A DNA stretch of 64,000 bases. Source: an uncultured Prevotella sp. GTDB taxonomy: Bacteria; Bacteroidota; Bacteroidia; Bacteroidales; Bacteroidaceae. The position numbers and the translations under genes are program-made. The notes below the pieces were generated by a model that was not told the origin of the DNA, ran no database searches, and saw only the letters and a program-made list of their open reading frames with translations. Shown here piece by piece: positions 21,883 through 32,588 of this stretch (the first letter of the stretch is position 1; every line of letters starts with the position of its first letter). The stretch spans positions 1,163-65,162 of the forward strand of contig CALUEY010000035.1 of the NCBI GenBank assembly GCA_944319915.1, in the 5' to 3' direction.

Positions 21883-22707
21883 TCAGTCTTTCGTGAACTT
21901 CTTGCACTTTTCGATGAACTTCTTGGCTGTGGCTGCCTCCTCGCTGTCTGGATATTCATTGAGGAAGCCGTAGCACTCGTCCTCTGCGTCGCGGTACCGC
22001 TCAAGGCGCTTCGACTCAACACTTTGCTCTGCCAATTCGAACTTGCTTTTCATTATTAGCACGGCAAAATCCTCCCTCAAGCTACTATAAGGATAGGTCT
22101 TGAGTGCCTGCTGTGCGGTAATGATGCAAGCCTCGTAGTTTGAACCTCCGCCTATGCAGTTGAGAAAATAGTCGCCCAAGTCATAGTAAAGCTTGGCTGA
22201 AAGATACTCCTTCATTACCAATTTGTCTTGCAAGGCGAAAAGCCTCTGCTGCGCCGATGGGCGCAACTTTGAGTCGGGATAGAGGTCGAGAAACTGCTGG
22301 TAAGCGTTTATGGCCCCTACAGTGGGTGTCTGGTCGAGGCGCGGTTCCGGCGTACTTTCGTACAACGACTGCCCAATGTAATAGGCGGCCTGCTCAGCAT
22401 ACATGCCCTTGGGATAGGAAGAAAAGTATTTTTTGAACGTCGCCGACGCGCTTTCGTAATCTCCGTCGCAGTATTCAGCCATAGCCAGCATATAGAGACT
22501 TTCCTCGCCGCTGTCTGTTCCCTTCAGTATTGTTACGAGTTCCTGCAAAAGCGTCACCGCATGCATATACTTGCCGTTGGCATAGCACTCCTTCGCATAC
22601 TCATATTTATATGCATAATCGCCTGACTTGTACACGCGGTTGAACTCCGTAGCGCAACCGCTAAAGAGGGCCGCGCAGCAAAACAATATGAAAATCCTGC
22701 TCTTCAT
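21883..22707 (-). CDS. bamD: Outer-membrane assembly lipoprotein BamD
   Basis: Lipobox FSGC, TPRs, LDQTPT..AI, YP.S motifs. Confidence 0.9.
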   Translation of the reverse strand: MKSRIFILFCCAALFSGCATEFNRVYKSGDYAYKYEYAKECYANGKYMHAVTLLQELVTILKGTDSGEESLYMLAMAEYCDGDYESASATFKKYFSSYPKGMYAEQAAYYIGQSLYESTPEPRLDQTPTVGAINAYQQFLDLYPDSKLRPSAQQRLFALQDKLVMKEYLSAKLYYDLGDYFLNCIGGGSNYEACIITAQQALKTYPYSSLREDFAVLIMKSKFELAEQSVESKRLERYRDAEDECYGFLNEYPDSEEAATAKKFIEKCKKFTKD

Positions 22708-22726
22708 CCGTTGCTGTTTTGGATTG

Positions 22727-22827
22727 CAAAATTAGTCATTTTCCGCAGATAATCAAAGCATTTGGTTTGATTTTTTGCAAAATGTCCTCCTTTATAACGT
22801 TTGTTACGATGAAAATGAGTACTTTTG
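22727..22827. promoter_or_regulatory. Divergent promoters bamD / uvrB
   Basis: TAATTTTG on minus (22727-22734) and TACTTTTG on plus (22820-22827). Confidence 0.7.
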
Positions 22828-22833
22828 CCGACG

Positions 22834-24876
22834 ATGAACAGCTTTAAACTAACATCGCAATACAAGCCCACAGGCGACCAGCCAGAAGCTATCCGTGAAC
22901 TGACCGAAGGCCTGATGCGCGGCGACAAGGCTCAGGTTCTGCTTGGAGTTACCGGCTCGGGGAAGACGTTTACCATGGCAAACGTGATAGCCAATGCAGG
23001 AAGGCCAGCCCTCATACTGAGCCACAACAAGACCCTTGCTGCCCAGCTTTATGAGGAGATGCGCGGTTTTTTCCCCGAAAACGCCGTGGAATACTACGTG
23101 AGCTACTATGATTATTACCAGCCCGAGGCTTACATACCGAGCACAGACACCTACATTGAAAAAGACTTGGCAATCAACGAGGAAATAGACCGGCTGCGGC
23201 TACGGGCAGTATCGTCACTCCTCTCGGGGCGAAAAGACGTGGTGGTTGTTTCGTCCGTGAGCTGCATCTACGGCATGGGGAGCCCTGTGGCACTATCTGA
23301 GAACGTGATAGAACTGAAGCGCGGCCAGGCGACAGACCGCAACGCACTGCTGCGCAAGCTCGTGCAAGCCCTTTATGTGCGCAACGACATCGACTTGCAG
23401 CGTGGCACGTTCCGCGTCAAGGGCGACACGATCGACATCGCCATGGCATACAACGAGACCGTGTTGCGCATCACTTTCTGGGGCGACGAGATAGACGCCA
23501 TAGAGGAACGCGACCCTGCAACGCTCGACAGGCTGGCCTCATTCGATGAATACAAGCTCTACCCGGCCAACCTTTTCATGACCACCCAGGAGCAGACCAA
23601 CATCGCCATACGCAACATCCAGGACGACCTCGTGAAGCAGGTGGACTATTTCACCGAGCTGGGCGACACCATCAAGGCACAAAGAATAAAGGAACGAGTG
23701 GAATATGACATGGAGATGATCAAGGAACTTGGCCATTGCTCGGGCATTGAGAACTACTCGCGATACTTCGATGGACGCCAGCCGGGCGAGCGCCCATACT
23801 GCTTGCTCGACTTCTTCCCCCACGACTACATCATGTTCATCGACGAGAGCCACGTCAGTGTGCCGCAGATAAATGCCATGTATGGCGGCGACCGCGCCCG
23901 AAAGACCAACCTCGTGGAGTTTGGCTTCCGCCTCCCTGCCGCCTTCGACAACCGACCACTGACATTCGACGAGTTCCACAGCATGATAAACCAAGTGATT
24001 TACGTCTCGGCTACGCCTGCCGACTACGAGCTGCGCGAGGCCGAAGGAGTTGTTGTGGAGCAGGTGATACGCCCCACGGGGCTGCTCGACCCCGAGATAG
24101 AGGTGCGCCCCAGCGAGAACCAGATAGACGACTTGATGGAAGAGATAAAGGTGCGCACGGAGCGGAAGGAGCGCGTGCTTGTGACAACACTGACCAAGCG
24201 GATGGCCGAGGAGCTGACGGAATACCTGCTGGACCATGGCGTGAGCACGGCATACATACACAGCGACGTGGCAACACTCGACCGGGTGAGGATACTCGAG
24301 GAACTGCGCGAGGGCCGCTACGACGTGCTTGTGGGCGTAAACCTGCTGCGCGAGGGGCTCGACTTGCCCGAGGTGTCGCTCGTGGCGATACTGGATGCCG
24401 ACAAGGAGGGATTCCTCCGCAGCCACCGCAGCCTGACCCAGACCGCGGGGCGCGCCGCCCGCAACGTGAATGGCAAGGTAATAATGTATGCCGACACCAT
24501 AACAGCCAGCATGCAACAAACCATCGACGAGACCGCACGGCGCCGCATGAAGCAGATGCACTACAACGAAATGAACGGCATAACCCCTACGCAGGTGAAG
24601 AAATCGCTGAAAACGGGAGTGCTGAGAGCCGAGATTGGCGGCAACGCAGAAGTTGAGGCGACAAAGCCAGAGGTTCGCATGGCATACGTGGAACCCGAGG
24701 GCGGAGCCTTCGCCGCCGACCCGATAGTGGAGCGGATGACACGGCCGCAGCTCGAAAAGAGCATCGCTAACACCACCAAGCTAATGAAGGAGGCAGCAAA
24801 GCGGCTCGACTTCATACAAGCGGCACAGTATCGCGACGAGATAATAAGGCTACAAAAGGAGCTTGAGCTGAAGTGA
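22834..24876 (+). CDS. uvrB: Excinuclease ABC subunit B
   Basis: PTGDQP, GVTGSGKT, YYDYYQPEAY, DESH, C-terminal UVR domain. Confidence 0.97.
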   Translation: MNSFKLTSQYKPTGDQPEAIRELTEGLMRGDKAQVLLGVTGSGKTFTMANVIANAGRPALILSHNKTLAAQLYEEMRGFFPENAVEYYVSYYDYYQPEAYIPSTDTYIEKDLAINEEIDRLRLRAVSSLLSGRKDVVVVSSVSCIYGMGSPVALSENVIELKRGQATDRNALLRKLVQALYVRNDIDLQRGTFRVKGDTIDIAMAYNETVLRITFWGDEIDAIEERDPATLDRLASFDEYKLYPANLFMTTQEQTNIAIRNIQDDLVKQVDYFTELGDTIKAQRIKERVEYDMEMIKELGHCSGIENYSRYFDGRQPGERPYCLLDFFPHDYIMFIDESHVSVPQINAMYGGDRARKTNLVEFGFRLPAAFDNRPLTFDEFHSMINQVIYVSATPADYELREAEGVVVEQVIRPTGLLDPEIEVRPSENQIDDLMEEIKVRTERKERVLVTTLTKRMAEELTEYLLDHGVSTAYIHSDVATLDRVRILEELREGRYDVLVGVNLLREGLDLPEVSLVAILDADKEGFLRSHRSLTQTAGRAARNVNGKVIMYADTITASMQQTIDETARRRMKQMHYNEMNGITPTQVKKSLKTGVLRAEIGGNAEVEATKPEVRMAYVEPEGGAFAADPIVERMTRPQLEKSIANTTKLMKEAAKRLDFIQAAQYRDEIIRLQKELELK

Positions 24877-24947
24877 ACCTTGCAGTGCCAACAAGCACCT
24901 CGAGCCAGCAAAAAGGTAAAACAATTTTACGGCATCCTGCATCTTAC

Positions 24948-25112
24948 GCAACCTCCTGGTTTACAATATGTTGCAGAACGGCCTCTTTCGCGTTGCCAAA
25001 CAGGCCGTCCGAGCTTGCCAAACGGCCTCTTTTGCAGTGCGAAAGAAGCCGTTTGGCATTTCAATTTCGAACACATAGCCTGCAAGCATCAACTTTGTAA
25101 GCTTATTGTCAC
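24948..25112 (+). repeat. Dispersed 22-bp-phased element, copy A
   Basis: 27-bp dyad 24948-24974; unit cores at 24976, 24998, 25020, 25042, (25064 degenerate); TGTAAGC at 25096. Confidence 0.85.
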
Positions 25113-25296
25113 GCTGTAAGAACCCACCTGCAAGCCTTGGCATTACATTGCATCATGGCACGCGTAAAACCATGAGGCAAGCCGCAAAAACGGGCTACTG
25201 GCCAACAAAACAATGTTAATCTGTGTAATCTGTTCTGAAGATAGGGAGATATTTTGTAATTTTGCAAATCAAACAGCATAACAACACATTACCAAC

Positions 25297-25899
25297 ATGA
25301 AAAAGATTATCATTGCAATAATGGCTTGCCTGCCATTCATGGGCATGGCACAGAACTCGTGGGAGACTGAAAACGAGCAGGGGCAGCAGGTAAACCCAGA
25401 CCAGAAGTACCTCGCCGGGGCAGTGCCTTTGGTAAACGGCAAGGTGCAGTTTTCCACTGAGATAAACGCTCCGGGCAAGTCGGCCGCTCAGATTTACGAC
25501 ATTATTCTCAAATACTTCACCCAGCTCACCAAGGAAGACAACCAGCTGGAACAAAGCCGCATCGACGCCAAAGACTCAATAGGGCACCAGATTTCGGCAT
25601 CTTACCAAGAGTGGCTCGTATTCAAGAACAAGCCTCTCGTGCTCGACCGCACACGCTTCATGTACACCCTCGTGGCACAGTGCCAGGACGGCAAGGCCAC
25701 AATAACGATGAGGCGCATATATTACCTTTACGACGAGGAGCGCAATCCGCAAACGTACATGGCCGAAGAATGGATTACCGATGAATACGGCCTTAAGAAG
25801 AACAAGCAGAAGCTGTCGCGCGTCAGCGGCAAGTTCCGCCGCAAGACAATTGACCGCAAGGACTACCTTTTCAACAAGATAGCAAGCCTGCTGAAGTAA
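25297..25899 (+). CDS. DUF4468-like exported protein
   Basis: Signal peptide ending GMA-Q; KYLAGAVP, AEEWITD motifs; TAATTTTG at 25257-25264. Confidence 0.75.
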   Translation: MKKIIIAIMACLPFMGMAQNSWETENEQGQQVNPDQKYLAGAVPLVNGKVQFSTEINAPGKSAAQIYDIILKYFTQLTKEDNQLEQSRIDAKDSIGHQISASYQEWLVFKNKPLVLDRTRFMYTLVAQCQDGKATITMRRIYYLYDEERNPQTYMAEEWITDEYGLKKNKQKLSRVSGKFRRKTIDRKDYLFNKIASLLK

Positions 25900-25963
25900 G
25901 CAGAGGCCACGCCACCAAAACGCAGAGGTGAAGCATGGTTTACAACCACCACTAACCGCCACA

Positions 25964-26206
25964 ATGACAATGGACGAGATAGACGAGATAGTGCAGAGGC
26001 AGCAAGCCGAAAGGCACCGCAGGCCAGACGTGAACAGGCTCAGAACGCAGCAATTGCGCAACGTGCTGAACATAATATTCATGGCAGTGGCCGTGGTCGG
26101 AGTGGGAATATACCTCAGCGGCAAGACCTTGGTGGGAACGTATGTGTTTTTGGCCTCGATGCCTTTCAAGCTCGTTGAAGTGGCCATCAGAATATTGAAA
26201 AGGTAA
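25964..26206 (+). CDS. Small hypothetical membrane protein (2 TM)
   Basis: LRNVLNIIFM...FKLVE; stop abuts start of next gene. Confidence 0.7.
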   Translation: MTMDEIDEIVQRQQAERHRRPDVNRLRTQQLRNVLNIIFMAVAVVGVGIYLSGKTLVGTYVFLASMPFKLVEVAIRILKR

Positions 26207-28561
26207 ATGAAGAGCATACTCATAACGTTGCTGTGCCTCACAGCCATGGCTGCAAAGGCCCAAGTGTACAACCAAATAGACGAAACAGGCCAAATAACGC
26301 AACGAAGCTCCGACGGAAGCAGCAACTTCAACAAGCACAGCAACGACACCACGAAAAACAAGGAGGTGCCAAAAGGCATATATGTATGGACGGTTGACCG
26401 CAGGTTCGGCGACATCACGCCTGCAGTGGTCGACACGCTCCAGCACCTCTACATGAACTCTATATTCAACACGGGGCTGCACGGAGAATTCAACACCACG
26501 GGCAACAACTACACAGCCCGCGAGAGCCGCATCGTCATCGACCGCCCGCTGCCGGCACAGTTCATGTTCACGCAGCCTTACAGCTACATCATTACGCAGC
26601 CCGACGAGCTGCACTTCACCAACACGCTCTCGCCAATCACCAACATATCTTACGACAACTGTGGGAACAAAACCAACGGTGAGGACCACATAGATGCAAA
26701 GTTCGCCGTAAATGCGGGCAAACGGCTCGGCTTCGGCTTCGACATCAACTACGCCTATGCCCGCGGATATTATGCCAACCAAAGCACGTCGCACCTTGGT
26801 GCCTCCTTGTGGGCTTCCTACCTCGGCGACCGCTACAATATGCACACCATATTCTCAACATACCACCAAAAGGTGGCCGAGAACGGCGGAATAACCGACG
26901 ACAATTACATAACTCACCCCGAAAGCTTCGACGATGCTTTCAGCGACGACGAAATTCCTACCGTTCTCAGCCAGAACTGGAACCGCAACAACAGTCTGCA
27001 CTTCTTCCTTACACACCGCTACAGCCTCGGTTTCTACCGCATGGAGAAACTTACCGAGGCGGAGCTTGAGGCACGACGCTTTGCGGCGCAAGCGCGCAAG
27101 GACAACGAGAAGAAAGAGAAAGAAGACGATGAGGAAGTGGCCGCCGCAGGACGGCCAGACAATGTCCGCGTGGCAGAAGAGGCTCCAACAGGACGCCCCG
27201 AAGGGGCAATCATCGCGGGCGACGAACCTACCGCAGGCGGCAAACTGGCCGTTGACACGACCCGAATAGACGTAGAGTCGGCCGAAAAGATGGACAGTCT
27301 GCTTGCAGCCAAACAACGCCAGGACTCCATCGATGCCACGATGAAGCGCGTGTTCGTACCCGTCACGAGCTTCATACATACGGTAGACATCAACCGCTAC
27401 GACCGCATCTACCAAGCATACGACTCACCCGAAAACTACTACGCCAACACTTACTATACCCACGACGAGAACATGGCATACGGAGGAGACTCCATCTACG
27501 ACCGCACCAAGCTCCTATCGGTCAAGAATACGCTGGCCATAGCTTTGCTCGAAGGTTTCAACAAATATGCCAAAGCCGGCCTCAAAGTGTTTGCAAGCCA
27601 CGAGCTGCGCAAGTTCGACATGCCGGAAGCATTCCAAGCCAACGGCTACTCGCTTACGCGCCTGGCCAGCTGGGCGGAGAACAACGTCAGCGTCGGAGGG
27701 CAGATAGTGAAGGCACAAGGCAAGACCCTGCACTACAACGCAACGGCCGAAGCATGGCTCGTGGGCGAAGATGCCGGGCAGCTGAAGGTTGACTTCAAGG
27801 CCGACGTAAACTTCCCGCTCTTCGGCGACACCGTGACCTTGGCCGCCAAGGCTTACTTCTACCGCCTCAACCCAACGTTCTACCAACGCCGCTACCACTC
27901 AAAGCACATCTGGTGGGACAATGACGACATGAGCAAGGAAACGCGAACACGCATAGAAGGACTCTTCACATACAGAAAGACAAAGACCAGCCTGCGCGTG
28001 GCCATCGAGGAAATACAGAACTACACTTACTTCTCAACGGCCTACGATGCCACTACCGATGGGCGTACCAATCTCTCGGCTGCCGTCAACCAAAATGGGG
28101 GGAACATAAACTTATTTACAGCACAGCTGCGTCAGGACTTCCGTCTCGGCATCCTCAATTGGGAGAACATCATAACTTACCAAAACTCAAGCAACCAGGA
28201 AGTGCTCCCCGTGCCGGCTCTGAACATCTTCACGAACCTGTACATAAAGTTCAAGATTGTGAAGCAGCTGTCGGTGGAGCTTGGCGCCGATGGTTATTTC
28301 TTCACGAATTACTTCGCTCCCGACTTCGTTCCGCAGCTCAACCAGTTTGCCGTGCAGACCAACAGTGCCAGCCGCGTGAAGCTGGGCGGCTATCCTTTCG
28401 TGGACGTTTACGCCAACCTGCACCTTAAGCGTACCCGCTTCTTCATCATGTACAGCCACGCAACGGCAGGCAACGGAAACAGTATGTACTTCCTTGCACC
28501 GCACTACCCGCAGAACGGAGCCACCATCCGCTTCGGGCTTTCGTGGAACTTCTTCAACTGA
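26207..28561 (+). CDS. Putative porin / outer-membrane beta-barrel (Porin_10-like)
   Basis: Signal peptide AKA-Q, amphipathic strands, terminal FGLSWNFFN. Confidence 0.8.
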   Translation: MKSILITLLCLTAMAAKAQVYNQIDETGQITQRSSDGSSNFNKHSNDTTKNKEVPKGIYVWTVDRRFGDITPAVVDTLQHLYMNSIFNTGLHGEFNTTGNNYTARESRIVIDRPLPAQFMFTQPYSYIITQPDELHFTNTLSPITNISYDNCGNKTNGEDHIDAKFAVNAGKRLGFGFDINYAYARGYYANQSTSHLGASLWASYLGDRYNMHTIFSTYHQKVAENGGITDDNYITHPESFDDAFSDDEIPTVLSQNWNRNNSLHFFLTHRYSLGFYRMEKLTEAELEARRFAAQARKDNEKKEKEDDEEVAAAGRPDNVRVAEEAPTGRPEGAIIAGDEPTAGGKLAVDTTRIDVESAEKMDSLLAAKQRQDSIDATMKRVFVPVTSFIHTVDINRYDRIYQAYDSPENYYANTYYTHDENMAYGGDSIYDRTKLLSVKNTLAIALLEGFNKYAKAGLKVFASHELRKFDMPEAFQANGYSLTRLASWAENNVSVGGQIVKAQGKTLHYNATAEAWLVGEDAGQLKVDFKADVNFPLFGDTVTLAAKAYFYRLNPTFYQRRYHSKHIWWDNDDMSKETRTRIEGLFTYRKTKTSLRVAIEEIQNYTYFSTAYDATTDGRTNLSAAVNQNGGNINLFTAQLRQDFRLGILNWENIITYQNSSNQEVLPVPALNIFTNLYIKFKIVKQLSVELGADGYFFTNYFAPDFVPQLNQFAVQTNSASRVKLGGYPFVDVYANLHLKRTRFFIMYSHATAGNGNSMYFLAPHYPQNGATIRFGLSWNFFN

Positions 28562-28581
28562 CAAGCACCGCCACCACGGCT

Positions 28582-29262
28582 TCACCTGCCGCAACGGGCA
28601 TACCACTCGCGGAGCAAACCGCGCGGTGTTCCGTCTTTCACCATGGCATCGAGCGCAGCGCGAGCCTCGCGCTTCTGCCCCATTGCAAGCAGCACATCAA
28701 CGCGCGATATCTTGAAATCAGAGTTGGCAGGTTCCAAGAGCATGGCTTTCTCCCAATCGTAGATGGCTGCGTGATAGTTACCAAGCTCCTTCTCAAGCGC
28801 AGCGCGGGCTGCATATGCAGTGGCACTGTCGGGGAAAAGTTCCACCGCACGGTTCATCTCATCCATGGCAAGGCCGTTACGCCCAAGCTTTAAGTACGTA
28901 TGGGCCAAGCCAAGACGGGCCTCCAAGTTCACCGGAGCTATCCTAAGGAACTCTTCATAGTCATTCCGGGCAAGCTCATAGCGGCGCAACTGGGTGTTAG
29001 CATAGGCACGGTAAAACAGAGCCGCAAGGTTCTGGGCATCCTTAGCAAGCACCGTTCCGCACTCCTCAACAGCATAATCCCATTGCCCCAGCTCCAAGTT
29101 CACTGCAACCTTGCGCAAGCGCAAGTCAACAGAATGGGGCGAAGCAGCAATCTGCCTGCCCAACACCGCCAAAGAGTCGCGCCACTGCTGGGCGGTTTGG
29201 GCATAGGCCTCACCGCCCAGCAGCAAGCCTGCGACAATGGCTAATGAATATATTGGTTTCAA
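28582..29262 (-). CDS. Exported TPR protein
   Basis: Signal peptide AYA-Q; tandem TPRs; overlaps leuB stop. Confidence 0.85.
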   Translation of the reverse strand: MKPIYSLAIVAGLLLGGEAYAQTAQQWRDSLAVLGRQIAASPHSVDLRLRKVAVNLELGQWDYAVEECGTVLAKDAQNLAALFYRAYANTQLRRYELARNDYEEFLRIAPVNLEARLGLAHTYLKLGRNGLAMDEMNRAVELFPDSATAYAARAALEKELGNYHAAIYDWEKAMLLEPANSDFKISRVDVLLAMGQKREARAALDAMVKDGTPRGLLREWYARCGR

Positions 29263-30326
29263 TTTTTGGCCTTGTTAATATAGTCAACTATCCATGCGCC
29301 AACCTCTTTGGTGCCATACTTGCCACCTCCTTCTACCTGTATCTCGGGTGTACGGACGTTGTCATCAAGCGAAGCGTCAACAGCTTGACGAATCAAAGCA
29401 CCCTCTTCCTTGAGATTGAAATGCTCAAACAGCATGGCGGCAGATAATATTTGTGCAAGCGGATTGGCGATGTTCTGCCCCTTGGCCTGCGGCCACGAGC
29501 CATGAACTGGCTCAAACACAGGGGTACTCTCGCCCGTGGAAGCCGACGGCAACAGCCCCATTGATCCCGAGATGCAGCTTCCCTCATCGGTAAGGATGTC
29601 TCCGAAGGTGTTCTCCGTCACCATCACATCAAAGAAAGTTGGCTCGGTTATCATGCGCATGGCAGCATTGTCCACATACATATAGTCAACCTTGACATCA
29701 GGATAGGACGGCTCCATCTCCTGGGCTATCTGCCTCCAGAGACGGCTTGAGGCCAGAACATTGGCCTTGTCTACAACAGTAAGGTGGCGGTTGCGCCTGC
29801 GAGCATACTCAAAGCCAACGCGCAGGATGCGCTCAACCTCCGGCCTTGTGTAGTAATTCGTGTCGTATGCCTTGTCGTTGTCCTGATATTTTTCCCCAAA
29901 ATACATTCCGCCGGTAAGCTCGCGAATGCAGATGAAGTCGGCCCCATCAACCAGCTCGGGCCGTAACGGCGACTTGTGCAGCAGGCACTTGAAGGTTTGC
30001 ACAGGCCTGATGTTGGCGTAGAGGCCGAGCTTCTTGCGCATTGCAAGCAAGCCTTGCTCAGGCCTTACCTTGGCCGTGGGGTCGTTGTCAAACCTCGTGT
30101 CGCCCACAGCCGCGAACAAAACAGCATCGGCTTCCTTGCAGATACGGTACGTCTCATCGGGAAACGGGTCGCCCACCTCGTCTATTGCATGAGCCCCACA
30201 AAGAGCCTCTTCATACTCTATCTCATGGCCGAATTTAGCGGCAATGGCATCCATCACGGCCACTCCCTGTTCCATAATCTCTGGCCCTATCCCATCACCA
30301 GGCAATACTGCGATTTTCAGTTTCAT
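29259..30326 (-). CDS. leuB: 3-isopropylmalate dehydrogenase
   Basis: [27 protein letters not shown]. Confidence 0.97.
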   Translation of the reverse strand: MKLKIAVLPGDGIGPEIMEQGVAVMDAIAAKFGHEIEYEEALCGAHAIDEVGDPFPDETYRICKEADAVLFAAVGDTRFDNDPTAKVRPEQGLLAMRKKLGLYANIRPVQTFKCLLHKSPLRPELVDGADFICIRELTGGMYFGEKYQDNDKAYDTNYYTRPEVERILRVGFEYARRRNRHLTVVDKANVLASSRLWRQIAQEMEPSYPDVKVDYMYVDNAAMRMITEPTFFDVMVTENTFGDILTDEGSCISGSMGLLPSASTGESTPVFEPVHGSWPQAKGQNIANPLAQILSAAMLFEHFNLKEEGALIRQAVDASLDDNVRTPEIQVEGGGKYGTKEVGAWIVDYINKAKN

Positions 30327-30337
30327 CGTATTATAGG

Positions 30338-31909
30338 TTATTGTTTGTTGTTTTCTTCAATTATATTAAGCATCTTGAATGTCGCCTTTATGGCCGCCTC
30401 AGTCTGGTCTGCGTCAAGTCCGCGTGTGCGAAGCAGCCTGTCACCATTCCGCCATGTTATCACTGTCTGCACAAGAGCGTCAGTGCGGCCTCCGGGAGGA
30501 ATCGTCACGGCATAGTTTTCAAGTGTAGGGAACGTTCGGCCAAGACTGTCGCGGTATATTCTGCGCAGTGCCTTGACAAACGCATCATACTGGCCGTCGC
30601 CGGTAGAGAAACCCTCGTACTCGCTGCCATTGATGCAAACCTTTATGCTCGCAAGCGGCTTCAATCCATATGATGAGGAAACCATGTAGCTTACGAGGCG
30701 CACCTTGTCCTCCGGGGCGGTGTGCTTCAGCACATCGCTGACGATGAACGGCAAATCCTCGGGAGTAACAATCTCCTTGCGGTCGCCCAACTCCGTGATG
30801 CGCCTCGTAACCCGCTGTGTCTGCTCAGGCGTCAGTTCCAACCCAAGCTCATGCAAGTTGCGGGCTATGTTTGCCTTGCCGCTGGTCTTCCCGAGCGCAT
30901 ACTCACGCTTACGTCCGAAACGTTCTGGCACAAGGTCATTGCAATAAAGGCCGGCCTTGTTGTCTCCGTCAGCGTGTACTCCAGCCACCTGGGTAAACAC
31001 ATTCTCCCCCACAATGGGTTGGTTTGGAGCCACCGCTATGCCCGAATAGCCCTCCACAAGGCGGCTTATGGCGTTAAGTTCGCTCTCGTTGATACTCGTC
31101 TTTGCGTGAAACTGGTCTTTCAGGATGACCTGCACACTCGAAAGTGGGGCATTTCCACATCGTTCGCCAAGTCCGTTCACCGTGACATGAATGCCTCTCG
31201 CGCCGCTGAGCACAGCCGCCAGCGAGTTGCTTACAGCCAAGTCGTAGTCGTTGTGGGCATGGAAATCGAAATGAGTGCCAGGATATCTCTTGCGCATCTT
31301 GCGGAAATACTCTATTACCTGCAGCGGATTCATGATGCCGAGAGTGTCGGGGAGCATGAACCTACTGATGCCGCTTGCACAGAGCGAGTCCATGAGTGCA
31401 TACACGTAGTCTGGCGAATCCTTCATGCCGTTACTCCAGTCTTCAAGATACAAGTTCACGGAAAACCCTTTGCTGAAAGCGTAGTCAACGGTTCGCAATA
31501 TGTCGCCAATATGCTCTGTAGGCGTCTTATGCAGCTGCCCGGCACAGTGCTTAAGCGACCCCTTGGCCAGCAAGTTTATTACCTTGCCGCCACAACCGTC
31601 TATCCAGTCAACCGACAAGCGCCCGTCAACAAACCCAAGTACCTCCACCCTCTCCAGCATTCCATTCTGGCGGGCATAACGGCAAATCATGGTCACAGCC
31701 TCCTTCTCGCCTTCCGACACTCGCGCCGAAGCCACCTCGATGCGGTCTACGTTTACATCCTTCAATAGCTTGCGGGCAATTACGAGTTTTTCGTGAGGCA
31801 GGAAGGACACTCCGCTGGTCTGTTCACCATCGCGGAGAGTGCTGTCCATGATTTCCACAAAAGGCTGTATCCGACTGTTTGAGTCGTTTACTTGTTGCGC
31901 CGTTCCCAT
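30338..31909 (-). CDS. cimA: Citramalate synthase (LeuA paralog)
   Basis: [30 protein letters not shown]; second DRE-TIM synthase in the leu operon. Confidence 0.8.
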   Translation of the reverse strand: MGTAQQVNDSNSRIQPFVEIMDSTLRDGEQTSGVSFLPHEKLVIARKLLKDVNVDRIEVASARVSEGEKEAVTMICRYARQNGMLERVEVLGFVDGRLSVDWIDGCGGKVINLLAKGSLKHCAGQLHKTPTEHIGDILRTVDYAFSKGFSVNLYLEDWSNGMKDSPDYVYALMDSLCASGISRFMLPDTLGIMNPLQVIEYFRKMRKRYPGTHFDFHAHNDYDLAVSNSLAAVLSGARGIHVTVNGLGERCGNAPLSSVQVILKDQFHAKTSINESELNAISRLVEGYSGIAVAPNQPIVGENVFTQVAGVHADGDNKAGLYCNDLVPERFGRKREYALGKTSGKANIARNLHELGLELTPEQTQRVTRRITELGDRKEIVTPEDLPFIVSDVLKHTAPEDKVRLVSYMVSSSYGLKPLASIKVCINGSEYEGFSTGDGQYDAFVKALRRIYRDSLGRTFPTLENYAVTIPPGGRTDALVQTVITWRNGDRLLRTRGLDADQTEAAIKATFKMLNIIEENNKQ

Positions 31910-32478
31910 GCCTCTATCATGTCCTTGTTTTGTATTAGGTAATCGATGTCGTCAAGACCGTTCATCAAGCAATGTTTCTTGTAGGCATTAATCCCAAACT
32001 TCTCGCTCCGCCCAGTAGCCTTGTTGGTCACCGTCTGGTGCGGCAGGTCAACCTCAACTTCAGTTTTGGGGTCGGCTGCAATGCTCTTGAAAAGCTCCTG
32101 CAAGAACTGTTCAGTCACCACAACAGGCAGCACAAAGTTGTTAAGCTCGTTGTTTTTGTGTATGTCGGCAAAGAAACTGCTTATCACAACGCGGAATCCA
32201 TAGCCAGCGATAGCCCACGCAGCATGCTCCCTACTCGACCCCGAGCCAAAGTTCTTGCCTGCCACTAAGATGCAGCCGCAGTACTTTGGGTCGTTCAAAA
32301 CGAAATCCTTCTTTGGCGATCCGTCGGCATTATAGCGCCAATCACGGAACAGATTGTCGCCAAAGCCAGCCTTGTCGGTGGCCTTTAGGAAGCGCGCCGG
32401 TATTATTTGGTCGGTGTCCACGTTCTCGAGAGGGAGCGGAACACAAGTGCTTGTTATAACGTCAAACTTCTGTTTCAT
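31888..32478 (-). CDS. leuD: Isopropylmalate isomerase small subunit
   Basis: NVDTDQIIP, GSGSSREHA. Confidence 0.97.
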   Translation of the reverse strand: MKQKFDVITSTCVPLPLENVDTDQIIPARFLKATDKAGFGDNLFRDWRYNADGSPKKDFVLNDPKYCGCILVAGKNFGSGSSREHAAWAIAGYGFRVVISSFFADIHKNNELNNFVLPVVVTEQFLQELFKSIAADPKTEVEVDLPHQTVTNKATGRSEKFGINAYKKHCLMNGLDDIDYLIQNKDMIEAWERRNK

Positions 32479-32588
32479 ACTTAACGATTAATTTTTTACG
32501 AGTTAAGAATTAAGAAAGGCAGCCACAGCCATTGGCCGACCGAAGCAGGACAAAGCCGTTGGACAAACATTGCCATTCCACCTTTCCG

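Noticed and set aside
24976-25076. 22-bp arrays as CRISPR or mini-CRISPR
   Set aside because: Variable parts are only 9 nt and share a consensus, the repeats are degenerate, and no cas genes are present.
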